This document shows, piece after piece, positions 25,401 through 35,042 of a stretch of DNA of 64,000 bases. Location: the IMG/VR virus record IMGVR_UViG_3300021197_001752, positions 1-64,000 of that record, one strand, 5' to 3'. The translations under genes and the position numbers were made by a program. The first letter of the stretch is position 1, and each line of letters begins with the position of its first letter. The stretch comes from a virus. Under the pieces are notes generated by a model. The model did no database searches. It was given only the letters and a program-made list of their open reading frames with translations, and was not told the origin of the DNA.

Positions 25401-28400
25401 CATAAGGTAAAAGCCTTTGTACTGCTTGGGCTTCCATTTTAAAGTCGCTTGGCAAGCCGTTGAGGTCCTGATCCTCTACCATGAACTGAGATAGATATTT
25501 TATAAAGTCAGTATTTTGGAATCTTCTCATGAAACCGTCATCTGCGGAATTATTCAAGCTCGCAAGTGCCGAACCTGTTATGGAATATGACGCTGTGTTC
25601 GCTGCTAGATAATCACCGTTATTAGTGCTTTCATAATGATCTACATGTTCACTAATTCTAAATTCTGGTATTATTCCCATACCACGACCAACTAGCTTTA
25701 CTCCATCAGCAAAGTCTTGATAAGTATTGTAGAACGGTCCTCTAGATCCAATTAGGCTGCCTTTATTACTACCATCAACCGCTCGGCGATCTCGACCTGC
25801 TGTCCAGGGTGGCATAAACAGTGCGCCGCCCATGGAAGGTCCAAACACAGATTGTGTATAGTTGACCCCTGAAGCTATGCTGTCAAAATCAAGATGTACC
25901 ATCTGATTTATATACTGGCAGTTTCTTCTTGTATACCACCCTTGCGGTGCATAACCCTGACTACCTGTTCGAGCGGGTGCGCCTGCTCTGAACCACATCA
26001 GTTCGCCTGCGCCGAGGTTAGCAAAGAAATTCAAGTCCCATCGTACTGCATCGTGGATTCCGAATTGCGCACTAGCTGATACAGAACCGACCGTGACACC
26101 TGATAGTATAGCTACAGAGCCAGAATATATTGAATCGCTGAATAGGAAAGAATCTAAGGGCCATATAGAGGCTGTCCCGTCAGTTGATGCTCCTCCGCTG
26201 CCAGTTCTTTTGGCAACAATACCATCCACTATATCAAATGGGTGTTGGTAATGTTCTTCTAGTGTATAATCTTGACTATTGGTATACCCTATTACTAAGC
26301 GATCGACTTGCCTGTTATGAGTTTTGTATATAAGCTCTACTCTACCCGCCACTTTATCATCTGTATCGGGGTTTGTTATATCTGCCTGGAAAAGATCTGA
26401 CACTATGTGTAAGTTGTTTTGTATCTTATTATTAATCGCATCATCGTCATTCTTCCAACGAGTATAAAGGAAGTTATTTCTCAGCATACTTTCTGACATA
26501 AACTGATTCTTGGATTGCGGGTATATCCGTTGGGTTATTTCATGACTCTTTATCCTGCCGATTCCAGTTTCCTCAGGGGCTAGATTCTTGCTATAGGAAA
26601 CTGATCTTATGTCTCTTAGACTATCATAAAGAAATTTGTCACCTTTGCCAGTATACATATGTTTTACGTTAGCATCACCATTTATAAATCCTTGGCGCTG
26701 ATTACCATATGAATGTTTGATTGTAACATCTCTAAACTTCAGTCTCCCATCCTCTGGACTATTTTCATCTACTAAAGATAAAACCGTTTTGATTGGCTCT
26801 GCTGAAGTATAAAGAAATGGATCATCAAGCGTGCTTTGGATTTCTACCTGCCTGCCGCTCTCGCTCATAGATATTTCAAAAACATTAATCTGATTTGACT
26901 TAACAATACTTTCTCTCGATCTTAGCTGAGATTGTCTTATCTGCTGCCAGCTAGTGTGATTGTTGCCAGTTCCCCAGCGATATTGTACCTGACCATTAGA
27001 GGCTGTAAATATTGGCGATGCATCATTTGAGCGGTAATCAGTCAAGCCATCAAATGGTAGACTTCGGAGATACCCTACTGCTGCGTCTACACCTTGGACA
27101 TCAATTGACGCACCCATAGCTTCCTGTGCTCCTGCGGCTGAAGTATATTTACTAATATCGTTTTCTGTGGCTAAGAAAGTTGCGCCACCTACTTCCGCTG
27201 GTAAAACAAAGGTATCGGCAAATGCTTGTGCTGACTGAGTAATTTCCATTACACCTGGGTTATTATCGGAACGAATTGTCAGGTTTGTGATAGAGGCTGT
27301 TGGGTTAATATCCCCGCTACCATCAGTACTGACCTGACCTATACCCGATGCGGAAATAGCGGAAGACATAGCAGTCATAACAGCCTTTGCATTGCCCACA
27401 CCAGAGATATTGACATAATGTATATTATTGACTACTCCAGCCGATAACAGAGTCTCATGACCTGTTGGTCCGCTACCGCCACTAAGGTCTGTAGAGAATA
27501 GCCACGATGATCCAGTATGATCATATATAATCCAGGCTGCACCAGATAAAATGAATTTATTGAAAGCAGCACCAGCGCCAGAGCCTCTGGCATCGATGCC
27601 AAGTGTTGATAATTCTGCCACTGGACTAATAGAAAATGCTTCACCCTGGGTAATACCAGACTGACCTTCTAGACTAGATGGAGAGGGCACTATTACAGAT
27701 TCTGGTATAAGTCCGCCACTATGGAAAAAGTGGTTATACGTTTGTGTATCAGATCCTGAATAAGCCAAGAACCAAGATAAGTTGTCCGCTTGTGGAATTG
27801 GAGTTGTAATAAAATTATTGTTTTGTACGCTGCCCGTGTTAATAAATTCAATTTGTCCCTGACCGATTGCAGTCAAGTCGAATTGTGCCAAGCGAGGCTT
27901 GGGTCTGCTATTTCTATTTACATCGTGTCTTGATGTTATTACTGAAGAAAAACTACCCGTATTTAGATCTTGGATCGAGAATCCTTGTCCAAGAAAAGAT
28001 CGCTGGATAGCGAAGATGTGACCACCCCAACCCTGAGATAGCGTATTGTTGGCTTGATTGATGGATCGAACCAGAAGGTTTCTGAATGGTAGTGCGTTAT
28101 TAGGTGCTATTTCCTGAGCGTTAAAATCCAAGAAAGCAGGCGTGTTTGTTTCTACGCTGCCTGGTGAGGAGAACCTATTTACAAATACCGTTTTATTTAC
28201 TGTTCTTGCTTTCAGTGTGTACTCGGTGTTTCTACGTGATGGTACTGGTGTCTCTACTAAACCGCCTACATATGGCGACAAGAAGACACTTGGATTATAT
28301 GCATCAGGATCATCTCTAAAATCTAAGTTGTTTATCCTTCTTCCTGAAGTCTGAAGTACTTGATAATTTTTATCAAAGTTTCCTACTATAGTTCCAAGGC

Positions 28401-31400
28401 TGCCTGTCTTGTGGGCTATATTAGCAATATTGACAGGCCTTTTAGCTGTGATACCTCTGTAATAATGCCCCTTGCCTGAACTGTTAGCGCCGCTTTCGGT
28501 GTCCAACCTTGCTAGGCTACCTGTCCCGCTAGCTATTGTAAGTCTGTAGTTTTCACGACGAAGATTTACTGTGCCTTGAATCTGCTCTGACCTTACTCTG
28601 GATAAAAGACCACCAACGTGCTCGCTAGTGAAAGGACCCTGCATTGGCACCTCAAACCCGCTGCCGTAATATGAGTCCTCATGAATGTTTGTCATGTGAC
28701 TACCAGATAAGCCCGTATTAGTTAATTGCTTATTGTGTTCGCTAGCTACAAGCGCCCTGTATAAACTAAACGGAGCCATACGATCGCCCTTATAAGTTTG
28801 CCCAGCAATTGAGACTCTAAACTTCTGCCTTGATTTTTCTAAAGGTGATCCTGCTGGGATTTCCTCATCTGTGCAAGTACTCTGATTTGATACCTCGTCA
28901 AATGATAAGACATTAGCTTTTATCTTGTTGAAGGATTGATTATGTCCGCCAGCAACAGACTTTTCTACGGCACCACCAAATTTATAGAACTTATTTCTTT
29001 GATTGTCAAGCTCTTTCTTACGCACAGATGTAAAAAGATTTTGTCTATCTAGCGTTGTTGCAGCACCAACTGCGGCAGCAGGTCCAAGATTCAAGGGAAA
29101 GTTATCCCTTTCTGCTCTGTTGAGCCACCAGCTACAATTTTCGCCTTGATCATTTTTTATGATATCATCGCTAGCACCTGTAAAGTCGTTTACATCAACA
29201 AGGTTTACTGTGCCTGCGCCATGTGCTACAGCACTACTAATGTTGCCATTTGTGCCAGCTACGGTCATGGTCAAAGTTATTTTCTTATTGTTACTGCCTT
29301 CCGCAGCGGTAATGCCTAGAACACCGATACCTGCGCAACCATCACCTGCTGCTGCCGTGTTACCATATGTAATTCTACTATCTGTGGTACCGTTGATGGC
29401 TTTGACCACCAAAGCGGCATTCGCTGTGTCGCCTGATCCCGCTGTGGCTATAGTGATGGCGTTAGCGCCAAAACTAGAGGGTGAACCACCCGACGACACG
29501 TCAAACTTGATAGTTATAGTAGTGTTGGAACCACCTGCTGCTGTTGGGATCTGAATAGTGAATCTGGTTGATGGATCTGCGGCTGCTTGGTAACCATTCA
29601 TATCAATAGCATCTATAGCAGACGCAACTGATCCTGTCATTGTTATTGGGTGATGGTTGAATCGCCAACTATATTGCTGTTCATATCCACCCTTAACTGA
29701 CCCAGATGGTTCAAATGGGTACATCACAAGACTTGGATACTTGTGCTGATATTTGTTCCTCTCTAGGACATGACTCTCAATAACATTTCTAGTGTTTTCG
29801 GCTACTGGGGCACTAGCTGGGAACAACTGTTCCACAAGATTTGTGAGAGCGCCATCGAACCACTTGTAATAGTCTAGGTATTTATCTAGATCAACTCGTT
29901 GTCCTGTAACACGACGGAAAAATATCTCTCTAAGTTTTTTAAGATCTTTATATTCTGCTCTATATCTGTTTACTGGTTCACCGATAAGATTATTGAACTC
30001 ATCTATTGATGCGAACATTTCAAGCATATCATTTGAGATTGCATCGTACATGCTTTTTTCAACTGCAAAAAAGTGTCTTATAGGTCTGGGTGAACGCCCA
30101 TAAACACTATCATCCGAACCCTCTACAATCACTGTTATCATATCGTCTGAGGAGAATTCTTCTGGTGCTTGCAATCTTAGTGAAGGGAAATATTCTTTCC
30201 TTACTGGAGTGTCACTAGCCTTGAAGAAATCACCACGAGCAGAGTGATGACGCTGAACTGAACCCGCATACTCAACTTGATAGTTGTTTTCATATGCAGT
30301 TGAATTAGAGCCAGAAGAGAAATCATCTACCCTGAACTGTCCGCTAGTATCACTACCCGTAACAGTTTCAAAATCCCAGTTTAGTGCCAAGGATTCTATC
30401 GCTGGTATAAAAACACTAGAGCCACTAGTTTGGAAAGTTTTTACATTTCTGTAAGGATGTACAACACCATATGCATCAGCATCTTTGGCTTGGTGATCCA
30501 CAACAGACGCCGTTAGGAAAGTATTCCAAAAGCGACAAGAGTTAAGCCTGATATCGGATCTGGTCAATAGCGAACCACTAAAGTTTTGTCTATGTGCTCC
30601 AGCATATATTCGCTTTGCTGAGGCAAGCGTAGAAGACCCAGTTACAAAGTTAACTATTTTACTGGCTTCAAAAGATGATCTTTTATCCTCTAGGTCAAAG
30701 CTTGTTCCATATAGCTCAATGATATATGACTGATCATCGTTATCAGTTCCATCTACCTCTTGAGAGAATGGATAAGTTTTTGGTCTAGCTGATAATGCAA
30801 AGACCCATCTTGTATTATGATAAACTTCTTTGAGTGTATCGGTCTTGATAAGTATATTTCCAAACCTGTCTTCGACAACAAAGTATGCATCTCTAGAAGC
30901 TGCCTGGGGACTTGTTATTTCAGAAAAGTCTGTTGTAGCATGAACGGCATATACTTGTAGACCAAAGTCTATCGTATTTGCTGCCCAAGCAGCATCAGTA
31001 GATGTAGTTGTTGTAGTCTTTGGTGTATGGAACCCGAATAAAGAAGAACTAGGTGAGGTTGGCTCGATATACGATGTTTCTGATGGAGTAGGTTTAAGTG
31101 GGAATAAAACATCTGCTTGTAGCGTAAAAGCATTATCCCCAAGATCTAGATTGCCTGAGATAAGACCGCTTGAGCCGCCGTCGTAACCAGTAGCATAATA
31201 GTGTTGATATACTGTAGCGGCTTGATCATCATATCGGCGAAGGCCACTGAAGTCAACAAACTTCTTCTCTGTTGCGGTTGCTTTATAACTGCTAGTTAGG
31301 GTTTGTTCAACATTATCTGCATAGGTACTAATCTTTACTATCTTCTCATCGATTCCCATACAACGCAGAGTATTGCCAAAAGATTTTCTAGTTCCTTTTG

Positions 31401-33558
31401 ATTTTAGAATATATGACAAGTTATTGTAGATGTTCTTGTAGATAATATTTTTAATTTGATGTATAGAGGTTTCTAATGGTCTCTTGTCATCCTTATCAAG
31501 AAATCTAACTATTTCTCCAACAGAATCGAATAGATCAGGAGCCTCGAAACCCAATGATGACAATAGTCTATCGTTGTTTGGAGATTCCTGAATACTTCCC
31601 GTAGGGTAGCTAACGTCTTTTACTGTTAGTACGCCGCCGACCTGGGCATATAAAGTGTCCAGGTAACTTCCCATAATTTGTGTTAGTTTAGCTAGCTCTT
31701 CGCCGTTTTGCTCGTCTTGCTCAATAATCCACCCAGGCATTGTAAAATATAGACTAGAGTTATTTGTATAATCATACTGCTGCCCTAAGGATGACAAATC
31801 ATCTCTAGAGGAAATATATGTTGGGTGCGTATCATAAATAATAGGATCTGCTGTCTCAAAGCCAGCAGCACTAGATGACACTATAGCAGATCCTGTATTT
31901 CTAGTCCCTGATGTAGAGTAACCAGTCCAAGAGCCATTTGATAGTCTGCTAGAATAATCAAGCACAACACTGTCTGTTGCGGAGTCCAGGGTTATACCCT
32001 CATTGAATTTATAATATATCCCTAGTCCAGCGTTATTTATTGTCGTGTTTGAGCCGCCATTGACGCCCATATACCAGTTACGACCTATCTGTTCTGATGT
32101 TCTTGGTTCTTTCCAGAATCTAAATTCATCTAAAGACGCTGATAGTTTACCGTCGCCTGCGGGTATTACCGCACCACCAGTAAAGTCAGTCACATCAACT
32201 ACGTTAACAGTTCCTGCGCCATGGGCAACAGCACTGGTGATATTACCCGATACACCACCCTTGCTAATTGTTAGGGTAACTTTGGTGCCTGCGCTGCCTG
32301 CTGATGCCGCAAGTCCTTGTACCCCTGTTCCTGAAGACCCATCGCCTGAACCGTTTCCATATGTAATTCTGCTATCTGTTTCGCCGTTGATTGCTTTTAT
32401 GACAAGAGCCGCATTTGCAGCATCACTTGAGCCAGCGGTACCGATAGTTATATGGTTAGCGCCTGCGCTTGAGGGACTACCGCCTGATGATATATCAAAT
32501 TTTATTGTAATCGCAGTGTTAGACCCGCCAGCGGCGAGTGGTATTGTCATGTTGAATTTAATCGAGGGATCACCAGCACCCTGATACCCTGCCATATCAA
32601 TAGCATCTGTGGCAGTTGCCGAGGTGCCATAACCACTTGGCTGAATTGGTCCTGGTGAAGTTCTCAATGCGCCCAAGCGACCAATTAGACTTCCCGTTAC
32701 TAAATTGATTGAAGATCCAGTTAGTATATTATTTTGCTTACAAGTTCCGTTTTCGTATAAATCAATGGAGGTAGAAGCACCGCTATTAGAAAACACAAAC
32801 GCATAATGATCCCAAGAACCGCTGCCAAGTGTTAGTCCGCCAGCGGTCGGAATTGATGCCTTGAAGACACCACTAGATCCTGATTGATAAGATACATAAA
32901 ATCTGTCAGCAGAGCCCGAGTCTGTTTCAATTGTTAGGCGACCATAATCATGAGAGCCACTAGCTACTCCATTCCAGACATCCAATACAACTTCTGTTGG
33001 CGAGGAGGTGGAGCTATCAAATTCTGTCTTATTATAATAAAATTCTACTGTTGATCCACTAACACCACCAAATTCAAGATTGTTTGATAGTCCAGAACCT
33101 GTAACAAAGAAAGTACCACTGTGTGGCCCACCTTTAAACTCAATGTGCTCAGCAGTTGTAGGGGTGGTATATCCCTGCTTAGATGCGCCGTCGGTGCCGT
33201 AAATCGCACCTATAGTGACATACCCAGTGGTCTTAGGGTACTCATTATCAAAGATATGTTGCTCAAATGGCGATAAATTATTATAGAAATCAAGCTTTTC
33301 TTTTGAGCTACCATCGTAAGGGTAATAATCTTTGATATATACAAACGTATCATAATAATAACGATAGGCTGAACCATACTTAACAAAGTTATTTGGGTCT
33401 GAAAAATCAATCTTAGGTACAAATGCCCTGGCTTTTGATAAAGCGGCTTCGATCTGTTCTGGTGATTCTATATTATCACCGAGCTTTTTCAGGGTTGATC
33501 GGGTTGTACCGCCAAGTGTTCCCGCTTTTTTTGCGTCAAATAACTTTTTTATGCTCAT
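22444..33558 (-). CDS. 3704-aa giant virion/baseplate protein with LamG-like domains
   Basis: TVEF..WDHYAFV..LYENG..LDEFRFW LamG pattern; internal duplicated module; K/P-rich tail. Confidence 0.7.
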   Translation of the reverse strand: MSIKKLFDAKKAGTLGGTTRSTLKKLGDNIESPEQIEAALSKARAFVPKIDFSDPNNFVKYGSAYRYYYDTFVYIKDYYPYDGSSKEKLDFYNNLSPFEQHIFDNEYPKTTGYVTIGAIYGTDGASKQGYTTPTTAEHIEFKGGPHSGTFFVTGSGLSNNLEFGGVSGSTVEFYYNKTEFDSSTSSPTEVVLDVWNGVASGSHDYGRLTIETDSGSADRFYVSYQSGSSGVFKASIPTAGGLTLGSGSWDHYAFVFSNSGASTSIDLYENGTCKQNNILTGSSINLVTGSLIGRLGALRTSPGPIQPSGYGTSATATDAIDMAGYQGAGDPSIKFNMTIPLAAGGSNTAITIKFDISSGGSPSSAGANHITIGTAGSSDAANAALVIKAINGETDSRITYGNGSGDGSSGTGVQGLAASAGSAGTKVTLTISKGGVSGNITSAVAHGAGTVNVVDVTDFTGGAVIPAGDGKLSASLDEFRFWKEPRTSEQIGRNWYMGVNGGSNTTINNAGLGIYYKFNEGITLDSATDSVVLDYSSRLSNGSWTGYSTSGTRNTGSAIVSSSAAGFETADPIIYDTHPTYISSRDDLSSLGQQYDYTNNSSLYFTMPGWIIEQDEQNGEELAKLTQIMGSYLDTLYAQVGGVLTVKDVSYPTGSIQESPNNDRLLSSLGFEAPDLFDSVGEIVRFLDKDDKRPLETSIHQIKNIIYKNIYNNLSYILKSKGTRKSFGNTLRCMGIDEKIVKISTYADNVEQTLTSSYKATATEKKFVDFSGLRRYDDQAATVYQHYYATGYDGGSSGLISGNLDLGDNAFTLQADVLFPLKPTPSETSYIEPTSPSSSLFGFHTPKTTTTTSTDAAWAANTIDFGLQVYAVHATTDFSEITSPQAASRDAYFVVEDRFGNILIKTDTLKEVYHNTRWVFALSARPKTYPFSQEVDGTDNDDQSYIIELYGTSFDLEDKRSSFEASKIVNFVTGSSTLASAKRIYAGAHRQNFSGSLLTRSDIRLNSCRFWNTFLTASVVDHQAKDADAYGVVHPYRNVKTFQTSGSSVFIPAIESLALNWDFETVTGSDTSGQFRVDDFSSGSNSTAYENNYQVEYAGSVQRHHSARGDFFKASDTPVRKEYFPSLRLQAPEEFSSDDMITVIVEGSDDSVYGRSPRPIRHFFAVEKSMYDAISNDMLEMFASIDEFNNLIGEPVNRYRAEYKDLKKLREIFFRRVTGQRVDLDKYLDYYKWFDGALTNLVEQLFPASAPVAENTRNVIESHVLERNKYQHKYPSLVMYPFEPSGSVKGGYEQQYSWRFNHHPITMTGSVASAIDAIDMNGYQAAADPSTRFTIQIPTAAGGSNTTITIKFDVSSGGSPSSFGANAITIATAGSGDTANAALVVKAINGTTDSRITYGNTAAAGDGCAGIGVLGITAAEGSNNKKITLTMTVAGTNGNISSAVAHGAGTVNLVDVNDFTGASDDIIKNDQGENCSWWLNRAERDNFPLNLGPAAAVGAATTLDRQNLFTSVRKKELDNQRNKFYKFGGAVEKSVAGGHNQSFNKIKANVLSFDEVSNQSTCTDEEIPAGSPLEKSRQKFRVSIAGQTYKGDRMAPFSLYRALVASEHNKQLTNTGLSGSHMTNIHEDSYYGSGFEVPMQGPFTSEHVGGLLSRVRSEQIQGTVNLRRENYRLTIASGTGSLARLDTESGANSSGKGHYYRGITAKRPVNIANIAHKTGSLGTIVGNFDKNYQVLQTSGRRINNLDFRDDPDAYNPSVFLSPYVGGLVETPVPSRRNTEYTLKARTVNKTVFVNRFSSPGSVETNTPAFLDFNAQEIAPNNALPFRNLLVRSINQANNTLSQGWGGHIFAIQRSFLGQGFSIQDLNTGSFSSVITSRHDVNRNSRPKPRLAQFDLTAIGQGQIEFINTGSVQNNNFITTPIPQADNLSWFLAYSGSDTQTYNHFFHSGGLIPESVIVPSPSSLEGQSGITQGEAFSISPVAELSTLGIDARGSGAGAAFNKFILSGAAWIIYDHTGSSWLFSTDLSGGSGPTGHETLLSAGVVNNIHYVNISGVGNAKAVMTAMSSAISASGIGQVSTDGSGDINPTASITNLTIRSDNNPGVMEITQSAQAFADTFVLPAEVGGATFLATENDISKYTSAAGAQEAMGASIDVQGVDAAVGYLRSLPFDGLTDYRSNDASPIFTASNGQVQYRWGTGNNHTSWQQIRQSQLRSRESIVKSNQINVFEISMSESGRQVEIQSTLDDPFLYTSAEPIKTVLSLVDENSPEDGRLKFRDVTIKHSYGNQRQGFINGDANVKHMYTGKGDKFLYDSLRDIRSVSYSKNLAPEETGIGRIKSHEITQRIYPQSKNQFMSESMLRNNFLYTRWKNDDDAINNKIQNNLHIVSDLFQADITNPDTDDKVAGRVELIYKTHNRQVDRLVIGYTNSQDYTLEEHYQHPFDIVDGIVAKRTGSGGASTDGTASIWPLDSFLFSDSIYSGSVAILSGVTVGSVSASAQFGIHDAVRWDLNFFANLGAGELMWFRAGAPARTGSQGYAPQGWYTRRNCQYINQMVHLDFDSIASGVNYTQSVFGPSMGGALFMPPWTAGRDRRAVDGSNKGSLIGSRGPFYNTYQDFADGVKLVGRGMGIIPEFRISEHVDHYESTNNGDYLAANTASYSITGSALASLNNSADDGFMRRFQNTDFIKYLSQFMVEDQDLNGLPSDFKMEAQAVQRLLPYDGFYPVIRSLQIATLFSQSYAPGLFPVAGGLGSANQAEISGSGWQNILDYFYAPGIMYNSIKSGIAVDHPVFTVKEDRIPREKGTIGEVLSGSTDAQTYAEIVSDTKRAAGLRQSDHTIGPLTSGGGTRREVSKFYKDIILPRRLGTAEEVQPTGSEELLAHQIYFPDRIPFETIVNPTDYLLQNKFNSNQTYDWFRNDTTSSFNYFENNKYVKGAGNFFGAVPEVFLENSRLTTIATDPNLVNPEAISVQSGTLYAMEVALRKTDQFNLYSNPIAYGPPTATGSAFNSAAEILATQGQATHTFDDDMAQVVTGDWGMVRYGYQTTAKNLLNASLTGSMPSGSGWPLLHGNHAPYTPPYWYGESFARIYYSPTASGMVSINEILEEAQYEYGNVNDYLFDFRYNDLNKTDVSASFGSANLNLPMNIVTEGLGGLGIPPYMWNRAWQNKMEIKASLTVNNRHPGNVQPNNAWVIMPKWECPILDFPVRAEPWASTSGSYNFTASFAKVGLGDRGLLPFTSPANGREVVPQQGMWHQYGVVPDAGEGVQMVLRDISSGDKEKRMKAQIIYPGTQGQPNVIGAAEERMLPKIPNSLMDITAFGDRQRKVRSLAKLVGFPSEVVNKPVDLGRLANKKSVHEAIIALPYYEDTEANIQFIPIPLKNESNQVVDEFGKQTARLRKSLTKYVLPPVIEQRMSYLVPESYPQSSDGEDLSKRPESAIYDNDNPPLAMYLFEFTTELNKQDLADWWQGIMPEPSTKFSNTTMNISTIDHAMPGIGLQDFGAKPGAGGGKVDERLRDLLDTSRLVRGGSKDDPGFRPDIRWMVFKVKQRAPSSYEELIKKSLTEAGARVPGATGQAAYENRTKGFNWPYDFFSMIELAKINTTVTFRPDIDTITVEEKENTEDVKSLEGSKREEAQVPPPKRGRPKKAPKDNPPKANPPKGKAPRKNPPKELPPKAKTKDQRPKTAAKKKVLPNKSNSNPKKTLK
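29174..32615 (-). repeat. Two copies of a ~145-aa module within the giant protein (about 29174-29620 and 32176-32615)
   Basis: Both copies read DAIDM.GYQ...DPS..AAGGSNT.ITIKFD.SSGGSPSS..KAING.TDSRITYGN..SAVAHGAGTVN.VDV.DFTG. Confidence 0.9.
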
Positions 33559-33560
33559 GT

Positions 33561-35042
33561 TTAGGGCTCTTCAACTCTGAATTTGAATATTTCTGCTTGC
33601 TCTTTGTACTGTCCTTGTAAGTAGTACGCAAGTTGTATTCCGTAAGAATATCCTGCTTCTAAAGGACTCATATCTAAGTCGAAGTAGTTACCACTAACAT
33701 CGTATGAAAGCCTGCTATATTTCATAGTTCCAGTGCCATAAGAAACTACTTCTATATTATCTTCTATACGAAATATTTTATAGTAAGCATCTTCGATCAC
33801 AGTATTTTCTACATCGACTGATGCTACTGTATAAATTGTTGGCTGCCATCTCTTGGGTCTAGCAAAGAGTCTTAACCTTGGTTTTTCCAACTTGTGATAT
33901 GTTGGCTTTAGGTTAGTCAATTTATTAAAATAGGGCTCTGTTCTGTCTTCAAGATTTGGTGCAAATGACTGCGGCTTGAAGGAGCCAGTAAAAAATTGGT
34001 TAGAGCCACTGAACCACACATCAAATAATGTTGCGTCGGAACTGGTGATCGCAAAAGAGGCGGTATAAATGCCAGTTGCACGGACACCATTTCTGATCTC
34101 ACGACCACACTCAATCTTTGTGGTGGCTGACCCAGTAGCGTCCGTTACAATAACTGGTGCCCCAGTAGGAATACCATCTGTTGACGTTGTGTAGAACGAT
34201 ACACTTAATGCATCATTCGTAAGACCGCTTATATTTGTTAGGTTTCCTCTAAATCTATTGTACAGGAATAATGTATTTAAATTATCCGCTGCGGACAAAA
34301 CAGAGCTACTAAGAAAGAAATTTCCTCTCTGATCTTTTGCTGAATCATCCCACTGTGCTTCCAACACAGGTCTTTTCAGAAAAAACTCTGTACTTCTTGC
34401 GTGGAATCTTTTAGTGAATAAACTGCCTAAGTTGCCGCTAATAGCGGAATCAATATTCTTAATCAAAAAGCCATAGTTGTTACGTGTGCCTGCAATCCAT
34501 TCCTCCACAGCGGGTGTTACATCTATTTCCATATCTTCGTCGCCGTTGGGGAATAATACAGAGCCTGAGAAGTTGTTGGTGGCCTGGGCGGTAAAATAAT
34601 CACTACCTGTTCCATTCCAGTTTGCAGTAGAAGTTCTTTTCACCCAACTGCACTGGTCTATATCTTTATACCCATCCATATCCATGCCACGACCCTCGTC
34701 CCAACTAGACGATACAACCCTAACATCCAACGTTAAATTATCAGGTAAGGTATCAGCGTGCTTGGCGTTCTTAACTTTTAATATAAAATTAACACTACCA
34801 GAAGCTGGGAGTACTCCGTTTGTTCTGTCTGTAGAAATACTATCTATATCGAACTGTAACAAAATTCTAGCTTCTTCGGCAGTTTGTGAGTTAATGCTAG
34901 CCGAAGTTTGCCCGTGTATGACAAATGATTCTAATATATCAGCCGCACCCATATTAGACCCTGTTGCTCTAGTCTTTAGGTCGGATTTGAATGCATTAGT
35001 GATTGTTGTATCTCTTGTCGCATCATATAATTTAATAGCCAT
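33561..35042 (-). CDS. Virion structural protein (DNRLRE/CBM96-like N-terminal domain)
   Basis: D.TI..RILLQFD..WDEG..IDVT..V..W...NYGFLIK..F..R...P.L pattern. Confidence 0.6.
   Translation of the reverse strand: MAIKLYDATRDTTITNAFKSDLKTRATGSNMGAADILESFVIHGQTSASINSQTAEEARILLQFDIDSISTDRTNGVLPASGSVNFILKVKNAKHADTLPDNLTLDVRVVSSSWDEGRGMDMDGYKDIDQCSWVKRTSTANWNGTGSDYFTAQATNNFSGSVLFPNGDEDMEIDVTPAVEEWIAGTRNNYGFLIKNIDSAISGNLGSLFTKRFHARSTEFFLKRPVLEAQWDDSAKDQRGNFFLSSSVLSAADNLNTLFLYNRFRGNLTNISGLTNDALSVSFYTTSTDGIPTGAPVIVTDATGSATTKIECGREIRNGVRATGIYTASFAITSSDATLFDVWFSGSNQFFTGSFKPQSFAPNLEDRTEPYFNKLTNLKPTYHKLEKPRLRLFARPKRWQPTIYTVASVDVENTVIEDAYYKIFRIEDNIEVVSYGTGTMKYSRLSYDVSGNYFDLDMSPLEAGYSYGIQLAYYLQGQYKEQAEIFKFRVEEP
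33618..33625 (-). promoter_or_regulatory. Putative late promoter motif ACTACTTA
   Basis: 60 nt upstream of the giant-protein start, inside the upstream CDS. Confidence 0.45.

Noticed and set aside
29174-32615. Duplicated module as an intein or DGR template/variable repeat
   Set aside because: No C/S..HN splice motifs, no reverse transcriptase in the window, and differences between copies are not confined to adenines.
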